From Fidelibacterota bacterium (lineage in GTDB: Bacteria; Fidelibacterota; Marinisomatia; Marinisomatales; UBA1611): a stretch of 57,759 nucleotides of DNA. Below, piece after piece: positions 20,958 to 29,467 of the stretch. The notes beneath the pieces were generated by a model. The model saw nothing but the letters and a program-made list of their open reading frames with translations, did not search any database and had not been told where the DNA came from. Made by a program: the position numbers and the translations under genes. Positions within the stretch are counted from its first letter, which is position 1. The number at the start of each line of letters is the position of its first letter. The stretch lies in contig JABHKE010000023.1 of assembly GCA_018692355.1 (NCBI GenBank), forward strand, positions 1-57,759, given 5' to 3'.

Positions 20958-21604
20958 GCCTAAAAGTTGAACGGATCGTCACTGGCCCGTTTCAAGAAAA
21001 TAGTTATATCGCTTGGCAAGATGGATTGCCATCCTGCCTTGTGATTGATCCCGGTGATGATCCGGGACTGATTATTGAAGTGATTTTAGGAAATGATTTG
21101 AGTCCAATTGCCGTGGTAAATACCCATGCACATTTGGATCATATCGGTGGTGTATCCGGATTAAAAGAAAAATACGGAATACCATTTTATTTACACCCCA
21201 ATGAAAAACCTATTCTGGATGGTTATGAAAGAGATTGTGCTTTTTTTGGAATAACACCGAAAATAACTCCAACGGTTGATCATTGGTTAAGCGCAGGTGA
21301 ATTGAAGGTCAGTGACTTTTTAATCCAATGTGTTGAAACACCGGGACACACACCGGGTGGAACCTGCTTGGTAATCAATGAGCATGTGTTCACTGGTGAT
21401 ACGATTTTTGCCGGTTCTGTTGGACGAACTGACTTGCCGGGCGGTAATTGGGACACCCTATGTGATAGTCTGGTGAAAGCCATGGAAAATATTTCACATG
21501 ATTGTATTTTACATCCCGGACATGGACCGGATACAACATTGGAAAAAGAAATAAAACAAAACCCATTTTTGATTCCATTATTAAAACGGGTAAATTCCTT
21601 TTAA
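20954..21604 (+). CDS. MBL-fold metallo-hydrolase (glyoxalase II-like)
   Basis: Metal-binding motif THAHLDHIGG, plus later TPGHTPG and a GD..F motif. TTG start overlaps the upstream stop. Confidence 0.8.
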   Translation: MSLKVERIVTGPFQENSYIAWQDGLPSCLVIDPGDDPGLIIEVILGNDLSPIAVVNTHAHLDHIGGVSGLKEKYGIPFYLHPNEKPILDGYERDCAFFGITPKITPTVDHWLSAGELKVSDFLIQCVETPGHTPGGTCLVINEHVFTGDTIFAGSVGRTDLPGGNWDTLCDSLVKAMENISHDCILHPGHGPDTTLEKEIKQNPFLIPLLKRVNSF

Positions 21605-22998
21605 TGAGCAAATTACAAACATTTAATAAAAAATTGATTCAACTCGATTCGATTTTCCACAAGTTCACTGACGAATTGGCAACCTTTTCTGATTTAAAGA
21701 AAGAAAACCGGATCATTGTTGCTGTTTCTGGTGGAATGGATTCCATGGCGCTTTTTTCTCTCTTACATTCCAGAGAAAAATTTGATCTAGTCATTGCACA
21801 TGTGAATCATCATTTGCGTGAAGATTCTAATAAAGATGAATCCCTTGTTCAACGTACATGTAGATCATTGGGCATTCCATTCTTCTCTACATCATTGAAT
21901 CCTGAAAAAATTAAAAAAGGGGAAAGTGTTGAACAATGGGGGCGAACAAACCGCTATCGTTTCTTTAATGAAGTTATGGAAAAAACTAAGGCAAATTGGA
22001 TCATGACGGCTCACCATGGTAATGATCAGGTGGAAACTGTTTTAATGAATCTATCCCGTCAGTCTGGTATTTCTGGTCTTTGCGGCATTGGGAAACAAAC
22101 TAAAAATGTTATGCGTCCGTTGTTAGGTTTTACCAAAAAGGAATTAACCGAATTTGTAATGAGGAATGAAATTCCTTTTCGTGAAGATTCCACCAATTCT
22201 GAACTATCCAATCCCCGAAATTTCATTCGACATACGGTCGTAAACCCGTGGGAGAATAATGCTCAAAATCTTGTGACGGGAATTCAAAGTTCAGTTAATC
22301 ATTTTTCCGAATGGAAAGATGCATTGGATTATTTCATTCTGGGGACACTTATTCCGAAAATTCACCAATCTGTCAATCGGTTTGATATTCCCATCAAGAT
22401 GGTCCAAGGTCTGCCAAATATGGTGAAAGTTAGATTGGTGCAACTTTTGATGGAAGCAACTTATCATGAACGTTGGTCCAAACATCAGATCGAACTTTTG
22501 AAATCATTTTTCAAGAAAGAAGAAGTGGGCAATCAACATATTTTACCTAACGGGTGGAAATTGTTACGGGATCGAAAATCAATCATTGGGAAAGAAACGG
22601 CACATCAATCCCCAAAGTATCCCGTGAAACTTGTCCCGGGTCATCCTGTTGATTTTAATGATTATAGATACGAATTGGTCTTTTCTCGACAAGAAAAGTC
22701 TGACACAGCTCAAAATCAGGAACAAGTAGATTGGACTCTATTGAAGGATCAGAAATTGGAGATTCGTGATTGGACAGACGGTGATTATTTTCAGCCTTTG
22801 GGGATGGAAGGACACCAAAAGATTAGTGATTTCCTGATTAATGAAAAAGTGGATCAATTCACAAAAGAATCTCAAGCAGTTCTGACTGCGAATGGTGAAA
22901 TCATCTGGGTGTGTGGCAAACGTATTGCAGATTGGGTAAAACTAACACCCCATACTCAAGAAACTGCTGTCTTAAATCGAACTTTCTTACCATTATGA
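21604..22998 (+). CDS. tilS: tRNA(Ile)-lysidine synthase
   Basis: PP-loop SGGMDS. Length and context (tilS-hpt-ftsH) fit. ATG 21604 overlaps the upstream stop (TAATG); the track start 21502 is inside the previous gene. Confidence 0.85.
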   Translation: MSKLQTFNKKLIQLDSIFHKFTDELATFSDLKKENRIIVAVSGGMDSMALFSLLHSREKFDLVIAHVNHHLREDSNKDESLVQRTCRSLGIPFFSTSLNPEKIKKGESVEQWGRTNRYRFFNEVMEKTKANWIMTAHHGNDQVETVLMNLSRQSGISGLCGIGKQTKNVMRPLLGFTKKELTEFVMRNEIPFREDSTNSELSNPRNFIRHTVVNPWENNAQNLVTGIQSSVNHFSEWKDALDYFILGTLIPKIHQSVNRFDIPIKMVQGLPNMVKVRLVQLLMEATYHERWSKHQIELLKSFFKKEEVGNQHILPNGWKLLRDRKSIIGKETAHQSPKYPVKLVPGHPVDFNDYRYELVFSRQEKSDTAQNQEQVDWTLLKDQKLEIRDWTDGDYFQPLGMEGHQKISDFLINEKVDQFTKESQAVLTANGEIIWVCGKRIADWVKLTPHTQETAVLNRTFLPL

Positions 22999-23534
22999 AT
23001 CCATTAGATCAAAAGAGAACACTTTTAATATCGCCTGAAAAAATCCAAAAGCGGGTCTTAGAAATGGGGAAAGAGATCTCGGGAAAATATACCGATAAGG
23101 ACCCCATTTTTATTGGAGTCTTAAATGGTAGTTTTATGTTCATGGCAGATCTACTTCGAAGTATTTCCATTGATTGTGAAATGGATTTTATTAAGGTTCG
23201 TAGTTATGTGGGAAAAAAATCATCTGGAACAATTCAACTCATAAAGGATATATCCGCAGACGTCACGAATCGCCATGTTATTCTAGTCGAAGATATTATT
23301 GATTCCGGGCATACAATTCAATTTTTAATGGAAAGAGTGAATAGTGCTTCACCTAAGTCAGTATCCATCGCTACATTTTTGATTAAACCAGATATGGCGA
23401 AAATTGATTTCGCAGTTGATTTCATTGGATTTGAAATTCCACCAGAATTTGTTGTAGGATACGGGCTAGATTATGATCAAAAATTAAGACATTTAAATGG
23501 TGTTTATTCTATAGAGAGTGATACTGTCGTATAA
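22995..23534 (+). CDS. hpt: Hypoxanthine phosphoribosyltransferase
   Basis: PRPP-binding motif VILVEDIIDSGHT, about 179 aa from ATG 22995 (ATGA overlap with tilS). Confidence 0.9.
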   Translation: MNPLDQKRTLLISPEKIQKRVLEMGKEISGKYTDKDPIFIGVLNGSFMFMADLLRSISIDCEMDFIKVRSYVGKKSSGTIQLIKDISADVTNRHVILVEDIIDSGHTIQFLMERVNSASPKSVSIATFLIKPDMAKIDFAVDFIGFEIPPEFVVGYGLDYDQKLRHLNGVYSIESDTVV

Positions 23535-23555
23535 AAATATCAAGGAAAATTATAT

Positions 23556-25664
23556 ATGAACAATCAAAAAAATAAACCACAGCAAAACCAAAATAAACAG
23601 AATCCAAAAAAACAACCGGATCAGTTTGATTGGATGCGAGCTGGTAAAACCAGCTTCGTTTGGCTCATGATCATTTTTGGAGCCGTTTATATTTCAGGGT
23701 TATTGACTGAATCCGGTAAAAAAGAAATCGAAATCGAGTATACTGATTACCGTGAATATTTGGCAAATAGTGAGATTGAAAAAGCGGTTATCATGGGTGA
23801 TATATTTCATGGCGAATTCAAAGTACCAAAAACAATTGAAACTCCTATTGGTCCCTTGAATGATGTGACTCATTTTAAATTGACACTTCCGTATCTCGAA
23901 AGGGAAGATACTGATGAATGGGATGCCGCTGGAATAGAATACACGTTTAAGGAAAAAACAATTGACTGGACGGGATATTTACTTAATATGCTTCCTTGGA
24001 TTTTATTAATTGGATTCTGGTTTTTTATGATTCGCAGAATGCAAGGTGGCGCAGGGGGTATGGGCGGTATTTTCAAATTCGGGAAAAGTAAGGCATCGCT
24101 TTGGACATCGGATCAACCTCGTGTCACATTTAAAGATGTAGCAGGTTGTGAAGAAGCAAAAGAAGAGTTGAAGGAAGTGATAGACTTTTTAAAGAATCCC
24201 AAAAGATTCCAAAAACTTGGAGCCAAAGTACCCAAAGGAGCCTTGCTTGTTGGCCGTCCGGGTACAGGTAAAACTCTATTGGCTCGCGCCGTTGCAGGGG
24301 AAGCATCTGTACCATTTTATAGTTTAAGTGGTGCAGATTTTGTAGAAATGTTCGTGGGTGTGGGTGCTTCCCGTGTTCGTGATCTTTTTGAGCAAGCTAA
24401 AAAGACTGAACCATCTATTATTTTTATCGATGAAATGGATGCAGTGGGTCGTCACCGTGGTGCAGGAATTGGAGGTGGACATGATGAGCGTGAGCAAACC
24501 TTGAATGCGCTTCTCGTTGAAATGGATGGATTTAATAATACCCAGAATGTGATTGTCATTGCCGCTACAAACCGGCCGGATGTGCTGGATCCAGCCTTGC
24601 TCCGACCCGGTCGTTTCGATCGCCAAATTATGGTGGATGTACCGGATTACATTGGTCGCTTGGGTATCTTGAAAGTTCATACCAAGAAAGTAGTGGTAAA
24701 TCATGCGAAATCAGATTTGGAATCTTTAGCTAAAGGTACACCGGGCATGGTAGGTGCAGATATTGCCAATCTTGTGAATGAAGCAGCATTGCTTGCGGCA
24801 CGTAAACGAAAAAAATCCATTGATATGGATGATTTCGAAGAAGCAAAAGACAAAGTAATGATGGGTGTTCAGCGTAAAAGCATGATTCTTTCGGAAGAAG
24901 AAAAAGAAGTAACTGCTTATCACGAAGCAGGGCATGCATTGGTGGCCATCAAAACCAAGGGGGCTGATCCTGTACATAAAATTACCATTATTCCTCGGGG
25001 GCGCGCCTTGGGCGTCACAATGCAACTTCCTATTGATGAAAAACATGGCTATAAACGCAGTTATGTGGAAGGTCGTCTTGCTATTCTTATGGGTGGAAGA
25101 AGCGCTGAAATGGTTATTTTTAATCAAATGACAACGGGTGCTGGGAACGATATCGAACAAGCAACCCAAATTGCACGGAAAATGGTGACAGAGTGGGGGA
25201 TGAGTGATTTGTTAGGTCCAATGACCTTCGGGAAAAAGAATGAAGAAATATTTTTAGGACGAGAAATTCAATCTCAAAGGGATTACAGTGAAGTAACGGC
25301 ACGTATGATCGATGAAGAGATCTCTCGGATTGTTCGTGATTCCCAACGATTAGCTGACGAAATTCTTAGGAAAAATATTGAAATTCTTCATAGAATAGCT
25401 CAGGAATTATTGAAATACGAAACGATCGATTCGATAGATCTTGAAAAAATTCTTAAAGGTGAAAAACTTACTCGAGCGTTGAATGGCCAAGATAAACTTA
25501 AAAAAAAGAGGAAACCCCGGCAGCGCCAAAATAAAAAACCCCAAATGAAGGATGGGGAAAAAGCACAACAAAAATCTCGTCAACAGAATCATTCCAAACC
25601 CCAGCAGGGCAAAGCAAAGTCAAAACAACATCAACCACAAAAAAAACAGGATGTGAATTCCTGA
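23556..25664 (+). CDS. ftsH: ATP-dependent zinc metalloprotease FtsH
   Basis: Two TM helices, Walker A GRPGTGKT, Walker B IIFIDEMD and the zinc site HEAGHAL. Has unusual K/Q/N-rich N- and C-terminal tails. Confidence 0.97.
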   Translation: MNNQKNKPQQNQNKQNPKKQPDQFDWMRAGKTSFVWLMIIFGAVYISGLLTESGKKEIEIEYTDYREYLANSEIEKAVIMGDIFHGEFKVPKTIETPIGPLNDVTHFKLTLPYLEREDTDEWDAAGIEYTFKEKTIDWTGYLLNMLPWILLIGFWFFMIRRMQGGAGGMGGIFKFGKSKASLWTSDQPRVTFKDVAGCEEAKEELKEVIDFLKNPKRFQKLGAKVPKGALLVGRPGTGKTLLARAVAGEASVPFYSLSGADFVEMFVGVGASRVRDLFEQAKKTEPSIIFIDEMDAVGRHRGAGIGGGHDEREQTLNALLVEMDGFNNTQNVIVIAATNRPDVLDPALLRPGRFDRQIMVDVPDYIGRLGILKVHTKKVVVNHAKSDLESLAKGTPGMVGADIANLVNEAALLAARKRKKSIDMDDFEEAKDKVMMGVQRKSMILSEEEKEVTAYHEAGHALVAIKTKGADPVHKITIIPRGRALGVTMQLPIDEKHGYKRSYVEGRLAILMGGRSAEMVIFNQMTTGAGNDIEQATQIARKMVTEWGMSDLLGPMTFGKKNEEIFLGREIQSQRDYSEVTARMIDEEISRIVRDSQRLADEILRKNIEILHRIAQELLKYETIDSIDLEKILKGEKLTRALNGQDKLKKKRKPRQRQNKKPQMKDGEKAQQKSRQQNHSKPQQGKAKSKQHQPQKKQDVNS

Positions 25665-25665
25665 C

Positions 25666-26520
25666 TTGAAATCAAAATTGTCACGCCACAATTTTTCTGA
25701 ATGGTGCCAGAATCCTGACCGGGAAACACTGGTTATGGGTATCATTAATGTAACGCCAGATTCTTTCAGCGATGGCGGGAAATATTTTACAAAAAATTCT
25801 GCTTTAAATCATGCCATGTCGCTGATTAAGGATGGAGCCGATATTCTGGATATTGGAGGTGAATCTTCTCGTCCAGGTGCTGCACCAATTTCTGTAAAAG
25901 ATGAATTGAATCGAATCATCCCCGTCATCAAATTGATTCGGAGGACAGATTCGGTCGTTTTAATTTCTATTGATACTACAAAATCAGTTGTAGCAAAACA
26001 GGCTGTGGAAGCTGGTGCCGATATTGTAAATGATATTAGCGGATTCTCTCTGGACAAAAATATGCCATCTGTGGTATCATCATTGGATGTGCCAGTGGTT
26101 TTAATGCACATGAAAGGAACACCCTTAACAATGCAAAAAAAGCCACACTATGATAACCTTGTGGGTGAAATCAGCTCTTTTTTTCTAAGTCAAATTAATG
26201 TTGCCAAATCTGCCGGAATCAAAACAGAAAAAATCATTTTGGATCCTGGAATTGGATTTGGAAAAACATTAGATCATAATTTTACAATTATTCAAAAATT
26301 GAATGAATTCTGTGAGTTGGGATATCCCGTGTTAATTGGCCCTAGCCGCAAAGCTTTTATAGGGTCCATGTTGGGTCTTCCATCTCATGATCGAATAGAA
26401 GGAACAGCAGCAGCTGTTTCTGCCGGTATTTTAAATGGTGCAAGAATTGTTCGGGTTCATGATGTGAAAGAAATGAAACGAGTGGTTACAATTACTGAAA
26501 AGATCAGGACTGCCGCATGA
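25666..26520 (+). CDS. folP: Dihydropteroate synthase
   Basis: Motif MGIINVTPDSFSDGG and a pterin-binding barrel. TTG start at 25666 is uncertain (alternative ATG 25735). Confidence 0.88.
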   Translation: MKSKLSRHNFSEWCQNPDRETLVMGIINVTPDSFSDGGKYFTKNSALNHAMSLIKDGADILDIGGESSRPGAAPISVKDELNRIIPVIKLIRRTDSVVLISIDTTKSVVAKQAVEAGADIVNDISGFSLDKNMPSVVSSLDVPVVLMHMKGTPLTMQKKPHYDNLVGEISSFFLSQINVAKSAGIKTEKIILDPGIGFGKTLDHNFTIIQKLNEFCELGYPVLIGPSRKAFIGSMLGLPSHDRIEGTAAAVSAGILNGARIVRVHDVKEMKRVVTITEKIRTAA

Positions 26521-27293
26521 CCATCTTCAAATTTGGATTCCTGACTTTGACTTTAATTGATGTGATTGATATCGTCCTGGTCACTTGGATCTTTATAAAA
26601 GTATACCAATATTTCAGAGAAACTCGGGCCGGACAAATGTTGATTGGATTGGTGATATTGCTCATCTCATCCTTCCTGTTCAATTCATTTGGATTGAGTG
26701 CCATGTCATGGTTAGTAAATCAATTCCAAACTGTTTGGGTAGTAGCATTTGTAATTTTATTCCAACCGGAAATCCGACGACTTTTAATCTATGTTGGACA
26801 AACACGATTTTTCCAACGCATTTTTATGATGGGAACTTCCCGTTCCTTGGAAGCGGTTGTGGAAGCTTCTTTAATTCTAGCAGAGAAAAAATGGGGTGCT
26901 TTGATTGTAATTCAGCGAGAGACGGGACTTCGCTCTTATAAAGAAGCAGGAACACCTTTAAAAGCGGAAGTTTCAACACCCTTACTCATGTCTATCTTTA
27001 ATCCAGGTTCGCCCATGCACGATGGGGCTGTCATATTACAAAATACATTATTGGAAGCTGCGGGCTGTATTTTGCCATTGACAGAAAGCTCGATGGTTTT
27101 ACCAGAGATGGGCACGCGACATCGTGCTGCATTAGGGATCACTGAAGAATCGGATGCAATTGTTGTAGTCGTTTCAGAAGAACGAGGGACAATCTCTACA
27201 GCCGAAAACGGTCGATTTACTCACTTGGATATGGATGAAATGAAATTACGTCGTTATTTAAATGAACGTTTATTTATTTCATCTGGTGATTAA
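26517..27293 (+). CDS. cdaA: Diadenylate cyclase CdaA
   Basis: Three N-terminal TM helices plus DAC-domain motifs (HDGAVIL, TRHRAALG, VVVSEERGTIS). Conserved folP-cdaA context. Confidence 0.87.
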   Translation: MTIFKFGFLTLTLIDVIDIVLVTWIFIKVYQYFRETRAGQMLIGLVILLISSFLFNSFGLSAMSWLVNQFQTVWVVAFVILFQPEIRRLLIYVGQTRFFQRIFMMGTSRSLEAVVEASLILAEKKWGALIVIQRETGLRSYKEAGTPLKAEVSTPLLMSIFNPGSPMHDGAVILQNTLLEAAGCILPLTESSMVLPEMGTRHRAALGITEESDAIVVVVSEERGTISTAENGRFTHLDMDEMKLRRYLNERLFISSGD

Positions 27294-27315
27294 AACATCA
27301 CTATCATCCTTGATC

Positions 27316-27368
27316 GTGGGTATGCGGTTTATAGCCGCATCGAGAGTTCGAATCTCTCCCTCTCCGCA
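27316..27368 (+). pseudogene. tRNA-Ser-derived 3' fragment: anticodon-stem 3' strand, long variable arm, T arm, acceptor 3' strand
   Basis: GTGGG, variable arm ATGCGG-tttatag-CCGCAT, T arm GAGAG-TTCGAAT-CTCTC, CCTCTCC plus discriminator G. No matching GGAGAGG 5' strand, D arm or anticodon loop upstream. Confidence 0.8.
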
Positions 27369-27385
27369 CTTTAATAGACGATAAA

Positions 27386-27407
27386 CCCTGCATAAGCGGG
27401 GTTTTTT
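27386..27407 (+). terminator. Rho-independent terminator-like hairpin after the tRNA fragment
   Basis: CCCTGC-ATAA-GCGGGG stem-loop followed by TTTTTT. Confidence 0.6.
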
Positions 27408-27602
27408 GCTTATAGCCTGAATTAGTCTGGATAGTGGAAAAAAGGGCTGAAATGGACTGAAACCACTGGTAATACACTGGTCATTTAGTTTCAACTAAAA
27501 AGTGGTAAGGTAGATGGCAAGCAAGGCAGGGTAGTGTCGGATAAAAAGGTTGACACGCATTCTTGTAGTATTTTTTTTAAAGGATGATGAGTAGATTAGG
27601 AG

Positions 27603-28301
27603 ATGCGTAGATATATTGTTTTACTTTTGATTAAAGGCATTGTGTGGGCACAGACTGATTTTGATAAATTAGTTTTGAAAGATGGTACTACATATTTGGG
27701 AGAATATTCAAAAATTGAAGGAGAGATAGTATATTTTAAACCTCAAAATGCGTTCACTTTCCAACCAATTTCTATTAAACAAATTCAAACACTAGAATTA
27801 AAAGATGGTCATTTTATCATTGTTCGTGGCTATGCAAAAAAAATACCTTTAGCTATTGAAGAATATCAAAAATTAAGTACTAAAGAAAAAGCAATTTATG
27901 ATGCAAAGTCCAAAAATTTGGGTAAGTTGGTTCTTTATGGGCCAACAAGTATTATTGTTTTTTTGGGTAGTATACAATTACATAAAGTTTTAATAGGGGG
28001 TGAATTTTGGGAAAGCCCTATATTTTTAGGAGGTTCTCCAGCGGCCAGTTTGACTATACCTTATTTTGTTTTAAACAGTAAAGAAAAATTTAATTTTCCT
28101 AAATCAATTTTGACTGGTTCTGAAAAAGGCATCTACAAGCAAGCTTATTCTAAAAAACTCCAGGAAAGGAAATTTAAATATGCTGCAGTTTCTACCATTG
28201 TTACTGGAGCAGTTTTAGTAGTTTCCTGGCCTGGTATTGATTGGTCTTCTTCCAGGAGTGGAGGGACAACTGGAAAAGGATTTACCGGACTTGGCCCATA
28301 A
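27603..28301 (+). CDS. Hypothetical secreted/membrane protein, module A (232 aa)
   Basis: Signal-peptide-like N-terminus (MRRYIVLLLIKGIVWA/QTD) and several hydrophobic segments in the C-terminal half. AGGAG sits immediately upstream. The N-terminal ~48 aa are near-identical to module B; the rest is unrelated. Confidence 0.6.
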   Translation: MRRYIVLLLIKGIVWAQTDFDKLVLKDGTTYLGEYSKIEGEIVYFKPQNAFTFQPISIKQIQTLELKDGHFIIVRGYAKKIPLAIEEYQKLSTKEKAIYDAKSKNLGKLVLYGPTSIIVFLGSIQLHKVLIGGEFWESPIFLGGSPAASLTIPYFVLNSKEKFNFPKSILTGSEKGIYKQAYSKKLQERKFKYAAVSTIVTGAVLVVSWPGIDWSSSRSGGTTGKGFTGLGP

Positions 28302-28314
28302 CAATAATTAGCCA

Positions 28315-28399
28315 CAGATTAGTGGGAAGATGGTTCAATTTCCGCTACAGATACACTGGTTGATTACTGGGTCCAGTTGGGAACCAGCCTGCTAAGTGG
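28315..28399 (+). repeat. 85-nt conserved module tail, copy 1 (ends in the anticodon-loop-like CTGCTAAGTGG)
   Basis: Matches 29383-29467 with about 9 substitutions and no indels. Contains ATACACTGGT and a GTGGGA...TTCC(G/A)C hairpin. Confidence 0.85.
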
Positions 28400-28448
28400 G
28401 TATGCGGTTTATAGCCGCATCGAGAGTTCGAATCTCTCCCTCTCCGCA
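28384..28448 (+). pseudogene. tRNA-Ser(GCU)-like partial gene: anticodon stem-loop through acceptor 3' end; no 5' acceptor strand or D arm
   Basis: CCAGC-CTGCTAA-GTGGG (anticodon GCT, one A-G mismatch in the stem), then the same variable arm, T arm and CCTCTCCG as at 27316. No GGAGAGG upstream. Confidence 0.7.
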
Positions 28449-28826
28449 TTTTAATAGACGATAAACCATGCATAAGCGGGGTTTTTTGCTTATAGCCTAA
28501 ATTAGTCTGATTAGTATAAAAAAGGGCTGAATTGGGCTTAAACCACTGGTAATACACTGGCCATTCAGTTTCAACTAAAAAGTGTTAGGGTAGAGGGCAA
28601 GCAAGGTGGGGTAGGGTCGGATAAAAAGGATGACACACATTCTTGTAGTATTTTTTTTAAAGGATGATGTGTAGATTAGGAGATGCATAGATATATAGTT
28701 TTACTTTTGATTACAGGCATTGTGTGGGCACAGACTGATTATGATAAATTAGTTTTGAAAGATGGTACTACATATTTGGGAGAATATATAAAAATTGAAG
28801 GTGAAATAGTATTTTTTAAACCTCTG
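28396..28826 (+). repeat. Direct repeat copy 2 (about 431 bp)
   Basis: See copy 1 at 27316-27746. Confidence 0.9.
28466..28487 (+). terminator. Terminator-like hairpin, copy 2 (weaker stem)
   Basis: CCATGC-ATAA-GCGGGG plus TTTTTT. One stem position is disrupted relative to copy 1. Confidence 0.45.
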
Positions 28827-29390
28827 GAGGGGCTTTATAAGAAAGAAGCATTCGAACCAGTTCCTGTTAAACTCATTAAGAAACTACAATTAAAAGATGG
28901 TCAAATTCTATTTGATGGTAGCAATGTGAAAACATTTGGGTCAGTATATAATGAACAAAAATTATCAGTAAAACAAGCCAAAATGCACTGGTATCAAATT
29001 TCTCCCTTTGAAATATTTTATGTGAGTATCTTAAAAAGACCAGCCAGATGGACAGTAAATAGGGGAAATGGTGGATTGATAGGAGATGAAGAATTTTTTT
29101 TAATAACCGAATCCACTCAAGAACAGATTCTCCTCAAAAATCAGCTTAAGCTTTCAAGGCAACAATTGTTTTTGAGTAGTATATCATTTTTAGTGGGTGG
29201 GTGGATGGCCCTTGCTTCACAACCAGGAAGTGTTTATGGACCTTTAGTTGTCATTATTAGTTCGGGGGTACTTGTGGATAGTAAAATCAATTACTTATAT
29301 CCAGTTATATCATTTGAATCTGCAAAAATTATTGCTGAACAATACAACAAGAACCTTTTATTGAAGAATAATCATCAAGCCCCAGATTAG
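28683..29390 (+). CDS. Hypothetical secreted/membrane protein, module B (235 aa)
   Basis: Same signal peptide and N-terminal domain as module A (MHRYIVLLLITGIVWA/QTD...). Divergent C-terminal part with hydrophobic segments. Stop TAG lies inside the conserved CAGATTAGTGGGA tail. Confidence 0.6.
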   Translation: MHRYIVLLLITGIVWAQTDYDKLVLKDGTTYLGEYIKIEGEIVFFKPLEGLYKKEAFEPVPVKLIKKLQLKDGQILFDGSNVKTFGSVYNEQKLSVKQAKMHWYQISPFEIFYVSILKRPARWTVNRGNGGLIGDEEFFLITESTQEQILLKNQLKLSRQQLFLSSISFLVGGWMALASQPGSVYGPLVVIISSGVLVDSKINYLYPVISFESAKIIAEQYNKNLLLKNNHQAPD

Positions 29391-29467
29391 TGGGATAATG
29401 GTTCAATTTCCACTACAGATACACTGGTTGATTATTAGTTATAGTCGGGAACCAGCCTGCTAAGTGG
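29383..29467 (+). repeat. 85-nt conserved module tail, copy 2, ending in CTGCTAAGTGG and then unique sequence
   Basis: Matches 28315-28399. After GTGG the similarity to the tRNA-derived block stops (taaggtggcctg...). Confidence 0.85.

Larger units (their letters stand above)
27316..27746 (+). repeat. Direct repeat copy 1 (about 431 bp): tRNA fragment, terminator, leader, first ~48 codons of ORF-A
   Basis: Collinear without indels with 28396-28826, offset exactly 1080 nt. By hand alignment there are about 21 substitutions in the 287 noncoding nt and about 9 in the first 143 coding nt. Confidence 0.9.

Noticed and set aside
27279-27494. 71-aa minus-strand ORF (and its twin at 28345-28557)
   Set aside because: Both ORFs run antisense through the tRNA-derived block and terminator. 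Peptides such as GEIRTLD and GRDSNSR are the usual artefact of translating a T arm. Neither has an RBS, and the two copies differ by frame-breaking substitutions.
27550-27578. Sigma-70-type promoter (TTGACA at 27550) upstream of ORF-A
   Set aside because: The best -10-like hexamer (TAGTAT, 27566) is only 10 nt from the -35, and the TTGACA reads ATGACA in copy 2. A Bacteroidota-style TAnnTTTG-like box (TATTTTTT, 27569-27576) is possible, but I cannot support it beyond pattern matching.
28315-28448. Possible intact tRNA-Ser(GCU) gene in the middle repeat
   Set aside because: The anticodon loop, variable arm, T arm and 3' acceptor strand are present. However, no 5' acceptor strand complementary to CCTCTCC (GGAGAGG) exists upstream. 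The D-arm region folds only as a 3-bp stem with a 4-nt loop and is not conserved in the third copy, and the anticodon stem has an A-G mismatch. I call it a tRNA-derived fragment.
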